A DNA stretch of 64,000 nt, taken from an uncultured Acidobacteriota bacterium (GTDB taxonomy: Bacteria > Acidobacteriota > Thermoanaerobaculia > UBA5066). Below the pieces are notes generated by a model. The model searched no databases. It was not told the origin of the DNA and was given only the letters and a program-made list of their open reading frames with translations. The stretch is taken from positions 64,001 through 128,000 of the forward strand of contig CAVZYA010000001.1 of assembly GCA_963779415.1 (NCBI GenBank), in the 5' to 3' direction. Shown piece after piece: positions 54,500-64,000 of the stretch (position 1 is the stretch's first letter; each line of letters starts with the position of its first letter). The translations under genes and the position numbers were made by a program.

Positions 54500-57400
54500 T
54501 CAGGGGCTCGGGACGGGAGTGACTCGGACGTTGTCGATGTAGGTCCCGTAAGAGTCCGAAATGCCCAGATCGGCGAACGAGAGCGTCGTGGCCGTGCCCG
54601 TTGCGACTACGCTGTACGAGTACGTCGTCCACTGCGTATCGGAGCTCGTCGAAGTGGCCGTCAGGTCCGCGACAACGGCTCCGTTCCATTTCACCTGAAC
54701 GTGATTGTCGGACGGGTTCGGTGCGTTGGGCCGGGGAGAGAAGTCGAACTGGAGGCTGTACGTGACGCCAGTCACGGTCGTGAGGGTTTGCTGAATCGTG
54801 CTCGAGCAGTTGGAGTCGAGCTCCACGAACTGAATTCCGTCTCCGACGGCCGGCGACCCGGCGACGTTGCTCTGAATCTCGATCAGGCACGGAGCGGGCG
54901 TGGTGGCCGTCCAGCCGGGAATGGAAGCGACAGATGGAGTACGTGCCGGGCGTGATCGACCGGGTCCTCGAAGCTCCCGTTCGTGACGATGTCTCCGTTT
55001 CCCGCCACGGCGATGGTCAGAGGCTGACTCATGACCTGCACCGGGTTCGAGGAATCGGTCGCCTGCACGGTGAAGCTGTACAGCCAGGAGTGGTCGGGGT
55101 GCCGCTGATCAGCGCGCCAGACAGCATCAGACCCGGAGGCAGCGAGCCGGAGGCGATCGTCCAGCTCACCGGAGCCGTCCCGCCCGTCGAAGCCAGCATC
55201 TGACTGTAGCCTGACCCCACGACTCCGTAAGGCAATGACGTGGTCGTGATGGCGAGAGGGTTCGCGATTCGGAGGGTGTAGGCGCGGTTGCCTGTCTTCG
55301 AGGCGGAGTCCGTCACAGACACGCCGACAGCGAAGGTGCCGGCGACCAGAGGCGTTCCAGAGATCAGGCCGGTCGAATTGTTGATCGATAGGCCGGCCGA
55401 AAGGCCCGTCGCCGTCCAGACAGTGTAGGGAGGTGTGCCGCCCAGGGCCGTCAACGGATCCGAATAGAACTGGCCGGCCACGCCGTCGGAGCAGCGAGGA
55501 AATCGTGATGACCGGCGGAGAGGTCGCCGGCGTGTTCGTCGGGTCGTTCGTGTTCGGGGCGTGCGCCACGACGACCGGCGCCACGTTCTGGATGATGTTC
55601 GTGAGCGTCGGCGCGTCGACCGGACCCCGGATCGTCACGAGAATCGACTCTCCCGGCCCGAGAACGAAGGTCGCGTTGCCGTCGGACGGATCGGTGATCC
55701 CCGGATCGGGAGGGGTGCCCGGGGCGATGAACTCCGGGTCGATGACGCTGGCGACCGGAACGTTGTGCTGCTGCTCGAAAAGGAAGCAGTTCTGCGAGGC
55801 CGGAGTTCGCGTAGGGCTTGGTGATGATGAGTTGAATCGGTATGTCGGCCGGGGTTGTCCCTGCGAGCTGCACGTGATATGTCGCGGCCGTGTTCCCGTC
55901 GTTCGTCACCGTGTAGGTGGCGTCCGAGACCGGGGCGTTGGTGACGTTCGGGTTGGTGACGTTCGGATTGGTCACGTTCGGGTTCGTGACGTTCGGGTTC
56001 GTCACATTCGGATTCGTAACATTCGGGTTCGCGAGATCGGCGTTCGTGACATTGGGGTTCGTCACGTTGGGGTTCGTTACATTCGGATTCGTGACGTTCG
56101 GGTTCGTCACGTTGGGGTTCGTGACGTTAGGATTCGTGACGTTGGGGTTCGTGACGTTCGGATTCGTCACATTCGGGTTGTAGACCTCGACCGTGGTCAC
56201 GTGATCAGTCGTGCCATCGGGGTCGATGAGGGTGGGGGCGGAAGGATCGGTGTTGAAGACGACGAAGCCGGTGAGGCCGTCCGTCTTGAGGGGCCGCCCG
56301 GCGGGCCGTTCACCTCGGCCACGTCGACTTCGATCAGGGCGTGAGGATCCGTCGAGAGCGCGTAGACGGAGCGCGCAACGGACGAGTTCGCCGGGATGAC
56401 GACGTCGAGTGTCGTCGTCGCCGGCGGGAGCGGGTTCGGGAGCGGATTCGGTGCCGGCACAAAGGAGGCCTGGCCGCCCGCGGGCTGGGCGGCGATGGTG
56501 AGACGGAAGGTCCGCTCGAGCGGGGTGAGGTTCTCGACACTCAGCGCCAGGGCGCGCTGGAGGGTCGTCGAGAGAGGCTTGGCGTTCTGGGCCGACGTGA
56601 CGGCGAGGCCCTGCGAGATCCGTGCAGCGTAGATGTTCTGATTCCGCATCCCCTCGTTGCCCGGAGCGCAAGGGGGACGTTGGCGTGCCGATCGAAGACG
56701 CTTGTCCCGCCCGCTGCCGTGCTCCCCGGGGGCGTGTAGTCCGCCCAGGTTGGACCCAGGGTCCGCGGCGGGCACGACGTCCTGGTTCGACGTCCAGGAG
56801 GCGAGGAAGACGGGATTGGTGCCCGGCAGGCTGTTGAAGCGCCAGCGGCGGCCGGGGGCGCTCGGCGGCAGGAAGGTCGGGCCCGCCACGTCGATGTAGT
56901 CGCCGAGGAACGGAACGGTCCCCTGCTGGAAGAGCTTCAGGTTGGGCGGGTTGATCTGGAGTTGCTGAGGGCGCTAATGGTCACCAGTCTCGTCGCCGCG
57001 CGTGCCGAAGATGTATTGCGAGAGTCGCCCCGAGGTGAAGACAGGGGAGACGGCGGCATCGGCCTGGACGAATCGCAAGTCGATGGTGTGCCGCCATTGT
57101 GTCATCCCGGTCTCGACGAAGAATGGCGTGAAGACCAGATCGGCCCCGCCCGGATTGATGAGAAGCTCGCCCTCGAGCTGACGCGTCTCGAGATAGAGCT
57201 TCCCGGTGACCGGGTCCGGCGTGAGCGGATTGCTCCGGGGCGAGAAGAGCCCGAACGTGTGGTCGAGGCGGGCGTCGTAGTAGATGATCGTGATCTTGTC
57301 GGCCGTTACGGACATCTGGGGCATGAACTGGTGGCCGCGGGAGAACGAGTTGGCGACCGGCGTCGCGTCGTCCGTCAGTGTACCGTTGTCGATGGGTGTT

Positions 57401-58679
57401 GGCGTCGACCAGGTCGAGCCGCCGTCCGTCGAGACGGAGAGGACTACTCGCGCGTCACCGTTCGGTCCGATGCCCCGCTGCGACCAGGCGACGAAGACCT
57501 TCCCCCGGAAGGTGGGGGTGTCGGGCTCGTCGTCATCTTCGGAGCCGGCGTCCGGGCGGCGGTCGATTCCGATCGTCGGGTAGGCGTTTGTCCGGAAAGA
57601 GTCTGTCGACGTCCCCTGATCGAAGAATGACGGGGCCGTCGGATTCGCGGCGTTGTAAGCCGGGAGCGAGACGACGACGGACGGCGTCGAGAAGAGAATG
57701 CCGCGAAGCGACCGGGTGACCATGATCGCGTCCGTCTGTGATCCTCTGGCGAACCTCCGCCAGACGACGTAGACGACGCCGGTGGCTGGGTCGATCGCGA
57801 TCGAAGCCCCCTGGTTGACCTTGTTCGTCCCGTTCAGCTTGACCGGCCGGCTCCACGAGCTCCCGCAGTCCCTGGAAGACGAGAAGAAGACGTTCGTGGT
57901 CAGGGAGCCCCCTGTACCGGTGGCTTCGGTCCAGGCCGCGTAGACCGAGCCGGCAGGCACCGTCTGCGAGACCGTGGCGTCCGGATTCCCCGGCTGAGGC
58001 TGCGGGATGGTCAGGTTGCAGACGCCGCTGAGGAGGCGCGGCTTGTCCACGGCGATCCACGGCTTGTCGATGAAGGGAGATCCCGTGGAGCTGTCGACGA
58101 CCTGCGTGTCGATGTACCGGATCGGATCGGAATCAAGCGTGGGATCGCCGTTCTCCTTGTTGTTCAGGTCCATGAACCTCGAGACGAAGAGGACGCCGGC
58201 GTTCGTGCTCCGGTTGAAGGCGATCCCCGAGTAGTAGAAGAGCCCGTTCGTGCCGGCGCGGACGACCGGGTCGGCCGCGGTCGTGAACGTGGAGAGCGGC
58301 CCCGTGCGCGGAACCTGCTGCGGGTACCCCGGCAGGAGCGTGCTCTTCCAGGTGATGCCGCCGTCGAAGGACTTGAAGACACCCAGCCAGGCATCGCCGG
58401 TCTCGGGGGGGCCCGAAGTCGGGGGGAACGGGAGGTCCACGGCCCGATAGTCGTTCGCCCCCGCGAGAAGGTGGCGGGGATTCCGGCGAAGACATGGCGA
58501 CGAGGGCTCGTTCTGGCGCTGGAGGAACGGATCGCCGCCGGGCCACTGGATGCCCGAGACCATGTTCACGTTCTGGCTGGCCACCTGCGCCAGCGGCGGG
58601 CCGCGCCGGGAGGCTGAGCCCTGCGAGAAGGGTGGCGAGAGGCGACGGGGACGAGCAGGCCGGCATTCGGACCACGCAT
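54500..58679 (-). CDS. Giant secreted protein: Asp-box propeller, (NPNVT)n array, two putative Ig (He_PIG-like) domains and a DUF642-like carbohydrate-binding domain (multiple frameshifts)
   Basis: AAGGAG RBS before the ATG at 58679, and a signal peptide. Asp boxes SFDGGITW, SRDCGSSW and STDGGSTW; Ig motifs GGTPPY, SGSLPPGL and ISGTP; then NGSFE and YGTYIDNVRV. Confidence 0.7.
55940..56179 (-). repeat. 15-bp coding tandem repeat: (NPNVT)9-NADLA-(NPNVT)6
   Basis: 16 contiguous 15-bp units, varying only at synonymous sites except for one unit. Confidence 0.95.
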
Positions 58680-58833
58680 CAGATGCTCCTTTTTCGAAAG
58701 AGAGGGAGGGGAAAGAAATCGGTTGAGGGGGTTTTCTGTTGAAGTCTGGAGAGGGCCGTCCCGTTTCTCACGGCTGCGGCGCTTTGATTCATTTCCGCAT
58801 CCAGGGGTAAGCTCTGTGCCCTGGAGCGAATTC

Positions 58834-58854
58834 TGTCAATGAGATTCATTCTCC
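58834..58854 (-). promoter_or_regulatory. TTGACA -35-like hexamer abutting an imperfect palindrome
   Basis: Minus-strand TTGACA at 58834-58839, next to TGAGAT-TCA-TTCTCC at 58840-58854. Confidence 0.4.
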
Positions 58855-59193
58855 GTTGCGACAGCCGGCCGGGGGACCCGGGAGTCCGCGGGGCCCGGAA
58901 GGAAGGCCGGGCGCCGCGGCGGCGCCCGGCGGAGCGGATCGATCGAGGGAAAGTCCGGTGCACGCCCGAAGAACCGGCGGAGAAAAGCGGGCCCGAAAAT
59001 GGCGTGGAGGGGGTGCTCCAGGGTATTGAAATCAAAGCGGTTACGGGATTTCAGAGCCGCTGTGCGAAAAGCTGTGGATTCGCGTTCGAAAAGTGGGGTT
59101 CACGCGGTATTTACAGGGGTCTCACGAGGTCGCACAGGAACCGGTGCAGGGAGACGCGGCGCGTCGTTCTGGTATCTTCCGCCGGGGTTCTTC

Positions 59194-59730
59194 ATGATCG
59201 TTCGCACATACAGAGGAGCCACTCCGCGACTCGGCGAGCGGGTCTTTCTCGCGGAGACGGCCGTCGTCGTCGGAGACGTCGTCCTCGGCGACGACGTCTC
59301 GATCTGGTACTCGTCGGTCGTCCGCGGCGACTGCTGCTGGATCCGGATCGGGGCGCGGAGCAACGTCCAGGACAACTGCACGCTCCACGTCACGAAGGAG
59401 ACCGGGCCTCTCGTCCTCGAGGAGGAGGTCACTCTCGGCCACAACGCCGTCGTCCACGCCTGCACGATCCGGAGAGGGACGCTGATCGGGATGAACGCCA
59501 CCGTCCTCGACAACGCGGAAGTGGGCGAGAGCGCGCTCGTGGCGGCGGGCTCAGTCGTCCTCGCCGGGACGATCGTCCCGCCCCGGACGCTCTGGGCGGG
59601 GAATCCGGCGAGGCAGAAGCGGGCCCTGACGCCTGAGGAGGTCGAGGGGCTTCGGACGTACTGGACGAACTACATCGGCTACAAGGCCGAGTATCTCCGC
59701 GGCGAGGCCGCTTCGGCGCGATCGGCGTGA
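59194..59730 (+). CDS. Gamma carbonic anhydrase family (YrdA/PaaY-like) hexapeptide protein
   Basis: VVRGD, IGARSNVQDNCTLH, TLGHNAVVHAC and WAGNPA motifs. Confidence 0.92.
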   Translation: MIVRTYRGATPRLGERVFLAETAVVVGDVVLGDDVSIWYSSVVRGDCCWIRIGARSNVQDNCTLHVTKETGPLVLEEEVTLGHNAVVHACTIRRGTLIGMNATVLDNAEVGESALVAAGSVVLAGTIVPPRTLWAGNPARQKRALTPEEVEGLRTYWTNYIGYKAEYLRGEAASARSA

Positions 59731-59734
59731 CCGG

Positions 59735-61013
59735 ATGATTACGTCGCAGAAGGGGACGCGGGACCTTCTCCCTCCCGAGACGCGGGTCTGGAACTGCGTC
59801 GAGCGGACGGCGCGGGAGGTCTTCGGGCTCTACGGCTTCGACGAGATCCGGACGCCGACGTTCGAGGCGACGGAGCTCTTCGTCCGGAGCGTCGGCGAGT
59901 CGACCGACATCGTCCACAAGGAGATGTACACCTTCACGGACCGGGGGGGGCGCTCCGTCACGCTCCGGCCGGAGAACACGGCGGGGGTGGCACGGGCCTA
60001 CGTCGAGCACAGCCTCGCACAGGCGGGCCGCCCCTGGAAGCTCTACTACATGGGTCCTCAGTTCCGCTACGAGCGACCCCAGAAAGGGCGCTTTCGGGAG
60101 TTCCGGCAGATCGGCGCCGAAGTGCTCGGCGACCCGACGGCACTGATCGACGCCGAGGTCATCGTCATGCTGTTCGATTTCCTCGGGCGGCTCGGGTTCA
60201 CGGGCCTCTCGGTATCGCTCAATTCCGTGGGGACCGAGGAGCGACGCGGCCGGCTTACGTCGAAGCCGTGAGGACGTTCTTCTCTTCGAATGAGGGGAAG
60301 CTCGGCGAAGACGACCGCAGGCGCCTCGCGCGAGAACCCGCTGCGGGTCCTCGACTCGAAGGATCCCGCGGTCAGGCGAGCTCGTCGCTTCACCCGATTT
60401 TCCGAAGATGGTCGACCTCCTGTCGACGCTCGACCCGGCCTCGGACGCTCACCATCGCGAACTCAAGGCGCTTCTCGATCCAGAGCAAGGTCCCTTTCAA
60501 GGAAGAGCCCCGTCTCGGTCCGCGGCCTCGACTACTACACGCGGACCGTCTTCGAGGTGACCGCGGAAGGGCTCGGGGCGCAGGACGCGCTCGCTCGGCG
60601 GCGGCCGCTACGACCGTCTCGTCTCCGACCTCGGCGGACCGAAGACTCCCGGGATCGGTTTCGCCATCGGCGAGGACCGGCTCGTCGAGGTTCTCCCGGA
60701 GTCCTTCAGAAGGAGGGCTCGGGAAAGCGCGTGCTCCGTGGCCGTGATGCCGGTGGGAAGCCCCGACGTGCCCGATGCGTGGGAGGTCGCGAGATCCCTT
60801 CGCGCGGCGGGGATCGCGGCCGACCTGCACTCGGGGCACAAGGGGCTCGGCCCGGCCCTGAAGTCCGCCGAGAAGTCGGGCGCGAAGTGGGCCATTCTCG
60901 TCGGGCAGGAGGAGACGCAGAGAGGCGCCGTGGTCGTGAAGAACATGGCGAGCCGGACCCAGGAAGAGATCCCCCGGGAGTCCCTCGCCGACGTTCTCCG
61001 TCCGCGTCTGTAA
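59735..61013 (+). CDS. hisS: Histidine--tRNA ligase (multiple frameshifts)
   Basis: KGTRDLLP, KEMYTF, LRPENTAG, FRYERPQKGRFREF, RGLDYYTRTVFE and GGRYD motifs. Confidence 0.93.
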
Positions 61014-61024
61014 GATCCACGCGG

Positions 61025-62776
61025 ATGTCCGCACTCGCGCGCACCCCCGCCGGCGCCCTTCGGAAGGACCATGCGGGGCAGACCGTCCGTCTCGAGGGCT
61101 GGGTCAATCGCCGCCGCGACCACGGCGAGCTGGTCTTCGTGGACCTTCGCGACCGGTCGGGCCTCGTCCAGGTCGTCTTCGACGCGCGGTTCCTTCCGTC
61201 GAAGGAGATTCTCGAGACCGCCAAGGAGATCCGGAGCGAGTTCGTCCTCGACGTCGAGGGGACCGTCGTCCCGCGCGAAGGCGGCGCCGTGAACCCGGAG
61301 CTTCCGACGGGCGAAGTCGAGGTCCGCGCGACGGCCCTTTCGATCCTGAACCGCTCGGAGACGCCGCCGTTCCCGATCGAGGACGACGTGAAGGCCTCCG
61401 AGGACCTGCGGCTCAAGCACCGCTATCTCGACCTCCGTCGTCCCGTCATGACGCGGAACTTCGTCATGCGGAGCGACGTGACGTTCCGGATCCGGAAGAT
61501 CCTGCACGAGGAGGGCTTTCTCGAGATCGAGACCCCGATCCTGACGAAGTCGACGCCGGAAGGAGCGCGCGACTTCCTCGTCCCGGCCCGGGTCCACCCG
61601 GGCGAGTTCTACGCGCTGCCGCAGTCGCCGCAGCTCTTCAAGCAGCTCCTGATGGTCTCGGGGATGGAGCGGTATTACCAGATCGCGCGCTGCTTCCGGG
61701 ACGAGGACCTCCGGGCGGACCGGCAGCCGGAGTTCACGCAGGTCGACCTCGAGCTCTCCTTCCCGACCGAGGAGACGATCTTCGCGCTCGTCGAGCGCCT
61801 CTTCGCCGACGTCTTTCCGATGTGCGGCATTCCGTGTCCGACCCCCTTTCCACGGATGACGTACGACGAGGCGATGGAGCGGTTCGGGATCGACCGGCCG
61901 GATACACGGTTCGGCCTCGAGCTCGGCGACGTCGCGGGGCTCGAAGAGAAGATCCCTTCGAAAGTGGAGAAGGTGAAGGGCCTCTGCGTCCCCGGTGGAG
62001 GCTCTTTCTCGCGCAAGCGCCTCGACGATTTCGAGAAGGGGGCGAAGGCGGCGGGCGCGGAGTGGTTCTTCTGGGTGAAGACGTCCTCCCCCTGGAATTC
62101 CAATTCGAAGAAATTCTTCGACGACGGCTCCGTCGAGCGCCTCCGCGAGTCGGTCGGCGCGAAGGAGGGCGACCTCGTCCTCGTCGCCGCCGGAAAGGCC
62201 AAGAACGTTTTCGACTGCCTCGCCTCTCTCCGCGTCCAGATCGCCCGCGAGGAAAAGCGGATCCCCGAGGGGCGTCACGATTTCCTCTGGGTGACCGACT
62301 TCCCGCTCCTCGAGTGGCATGAGGAAGACCGGCGGTGGTACGCGATGCATCACCCCTTCACGTCGCCGCGCGAGGAGGATCTTCCCTTCCTCGACTCCGA
62401 CCCGGGACGCGTCAAGGCGCGGGCGTACGACGTCGTCCTGAACGGGATGGAGCTCGGAGGCGGCTCGATCCGCATCCACCGGCCGGACGTCCAGTCGCAG
62501 GTTTTCGCGCGGCTCGGGATCGGGCCCGACGAGGCTCGCGCGAAGTTCGGATTTCTCCTCGACGCGTTCCGTTTCGGCGCGCCCCCGCATGGCGGTATCG
62601 CGCTCGGGCTCGACCGGATGCTGATGGTCCTCTCGGGGAGCACGTCGATCCGCGACGTCATCGCGTTCCCGAAGACGGCGTCGGGCACCTGCCTCATGAC
62701 CGGCTCGCCGGGGCCGGTCGATCCCGCTCAGCTCTCGGAGCTGGGGATCGCGCTGGCGAAGCCGGTCAAGAGTTGA
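61025..62776 (+). CDS. aspS: Aspartate--tRNA ligase (likely non-discriminating Asp/Asn type)
   Basis: RRRDHG, STPEGARDFLVP, YALPQSPQLFKQ, DRQPEFTQ and PPHGGIALGLDR motifs. Confidence 0.96.
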   Translation: MSALARTPAGALRKDHAGQTVRLEGWVNRRRDHGELVFVDLRDRSGLVQVVFDARFLPSKEILETAKEIRSEFVLDVEGTVVPREGGAVNPELPTGEVEVRATALSILNRSETPPFPIEDDVKASEDLRLKHRYLDLRRPVMTRNFVMRSDVTFRIRKILHEEGFLEIETPILTKSTPEGARDFLVPARVHPGEFYALPQSPQLFKQLLMVSGMERYYQIARCFRDEDLRADRQPEFTQVDLELSFPTEETIFALVERLFADVFPMCGIPCPTPFPRMTYDEAMERFGIDRPDTRFGLELGDVAGLEEKIPSKVEKVKGLCVPGGGSFSRKRLDDFEKGAKAAGAEWFFWVKTSSPWNSNSKKFFDDGSVERLRESVGAKEGDLVLVAAGKAKNVFDCLASLRVQIAREEKRIPEGRHDFLWVTDFPLLEWHEEDRRWYAMHHPFTSPREEDLPFLDSDPGRVKARAYDVVLNGMELGGGSIRIHRPDVQSQVFARLGIGPDEARAKFGFLLDAFRFGAPPHGGIALGLDRMLMVLSGSTSIRDVIAFPKTASGTCLMTGSPGPVDPAQLSELGIALAKPVKS

Positions 62777-62804
62777 GGAAGAGAAGATCGGGGATTTTCC
62801 GAAA

Positions 62805-63935
62805 ATGAGAAGAGCAGAGAGGTCGCGGTTCCGGGAGCGGCTGTCCTGCTTCTCGTTCGCGGCGGGTGGCGACCGGACGGATGTGGTCGTGGGAGCGGGC
62901 GCTTTTCGCGTTCTCGCCTCGCGGCTCCCCGACATCGCGCCGGGCCGCTGGTTCCTCGTCTCTTCGAAGAGAGTCTTCACTCTCCATGGCGAAGAGCTTC
63001 TCGCGGGAGGCGTCGAGAGGCTCGATCGCAAACCCCTCCTCGTCCCCGACGGCGAGGCGGCCAAGACGTGGGACGTCCTCGGGCGACTGCTCTCCGAGCT
63101 GGCGACGCGAGGCCTGAAACGGGACGGCGGGATCATCGCCCTCGGCGGCGGGACGGTCGGGGACGTGGCCGGCCTCGCGGCGGCGCTCGCGCTCCGCGGG
63201 GTGCCGGTCGTTCAGGTTCCGACGACGCTTCTCGCGGCTGCGGACAGCGCGCTCGGCGGCAAGACCGCGGTCGACCTTCCGGCGGGAAAGAACATGGCCG
63301 GGACGTTTCACATGCCGCGGCTCGTGGCCGTCGAGATCGGGACGCTCGAGACGCTCCCGCCACGGGCGTTCCGCTCCGGTCTCGCGGAGGTCGTCAAGAG
63401 CGCGCTCCTCTCGCGGCCGTTCTTCTCCGAGATGCCGGGGCTCGTCCCGGGGCTCGCCCGAAGGGATCCCGCCGCCGTCGTCCGCGCCGTGCGCCGATCG
63501 CTCGCGATGAAGGCGGCGGTGGTCGCGGCGGATCCGTTCGAGCGGCGGGGCCTCCGATTCGCGCTCAATCTCGGGCACACGGTGGGACACGCGCTGGAAG
63601 CCGCGTCCGGCTACCGCCTCGCCCATGGAGAAGCGATCGGATGGGGGCTTCTCGCGGCGATCCGGCTCTCCGAGGAGCGAGCCGGCCTCTCGCGGCCGGC
63701 GGCCGACGCCGCGCGCGCCTGGATCCGGACGCTCGTCCGTCCGCCGCTTCCTCCTCTCTCGGCGCTCCGCTCGTGGCGGGGTCGCCTGAAGGCCGACAAG
63801 AAAGCGGACCGGGAGGGCCTCGTTGCGGTTCTCCTCGCGGCGCCGGGGCGAACGACGCTCTGCCGGGTCGCACCGAAGGACCTCGCGGCGGCCTTCGAGG
63901 CGTCACTCCCATCGTACAATCGGCCCGGGAAGTGA
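62805..63935 (+). CDS. aroB: 3-dehydroquinate synthase
   Basis: PDGEAAKT, GGGTVGD, VPTTLLA, GGKTAVD, LNLGHTVGHALE, HGEA and DKK motifs. Confidence 0.93.
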   Translation: MRRAERSRFRERLSCFSFAAGGDRTDVVVGAGAFRVLASRLPDIAPGRWFLVSSKRVFTLHGEELLAGGVERLDRKPLLVPDGEAAKTWDVLGRLLSELATRGLKRDGGIIALGGGTVGDVAGLAAALALRGVPVVQVPTTLLAAADSALGGKTAVDLPAGKNMAGTFHMPRLVAVEIGTLETLPPRAFRSGLAEVVKSALLSRPFFSEMPGLVPGLARRDPAAVVRAVRRSLAMKAAVVAADPFERRGLRFALNLGHTVGHALEAASGYRLAHGEAIGWGLLAAIRLSEERAGLSRPAADAARAWIRTLVRPPLPPLSALRSWRGRLKADKKADREGLVAVLLAAPGRTTLCRVAPKDLAAAFEASLPSYNRPGK

Positions 63936-64000
63936 TGAGGGCGGCGAAGCTCCCCCGGCTCCGTATCGTCACGGCGCTTCTGGCCGCGCTCTCGCTCGTT
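63935..64000 (+). CDS. Start of a probable exported protein (truncated by window end)
   Basis: ATG overlaps the aroB stop; MRAAKLPRLRIVTALLAALSLV is signal-like. Confidence 0.4.
   Translation, partial: MRAAKLPRLRIVTALLAALSLV

Noticed and set aside
55940-56179. CRISPR array
   Set aside because: Contiguous 15-bp units with no spacers, synonymous variation inside a CDS, and no cas genes.
58750-58830. c-di-GMP-I riboswitch upstream of the giant gene
   Set aside because: Only a loose CCGT..GAAACGGGACG resemblance; the GGCAAA and GCAAAG elements and P3 are missing.
58945-58960. RNase P RNA (GAGGGAAAGTCCGG resembles GAGGAAAGTCCGG)
   Set aside because: The other conserved rnpB blocks, such as the 3' ACAGAACCCGGCTTA, are absent.
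59735-61013. hisS pseudogene or programmed frameshifting
   Set aside because: Essential gene with intact motifs, no consistent slippery sites, and similar breaks throughout the window.

Overview
High-GC chromosomal window, with gene content resembling Acidobacteriota, probably Thermoanaerobaculia (an inference). The housekeeping backbone holds three tRNAs (Cys, Leu, Phe), rnc, dsbD, def, a partial nuoB-CD-I cluster, two different phosphofructokinases, coaW, kgd, dnaB, alr, mlaEFD, radA, purC, pepA, recN, hisS, aspS and aroB. Four large predicted secreted or surface protein genes interrupt this backbone. About 16 genes, several of them essential, carry frameshifts that look like indel errors in the assembly, so many CDS coordinates join ORF fragments. 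The most notable structure is a 2.9 kb single-gene islet between rnc and dsbD. It is bounded by a 72-bp direct repeat (69/72 identical) that duplicates the overlapping 3' ends of both genes, and it carries no integrase. Its product shares an unrecognised A-B-A'-B' module with two other secreted proteins in the window. Those two genes have weaker flanking repeats, and a TGAGAT-N3-ATCTCA-like palindrome lies upstream of three of the four surface-protein genes. The fourth surface protein carries a synonymously diversified (NPNVT)n pentapeptide array. No CRISPR array, rRNA, transposase or integrase was found.
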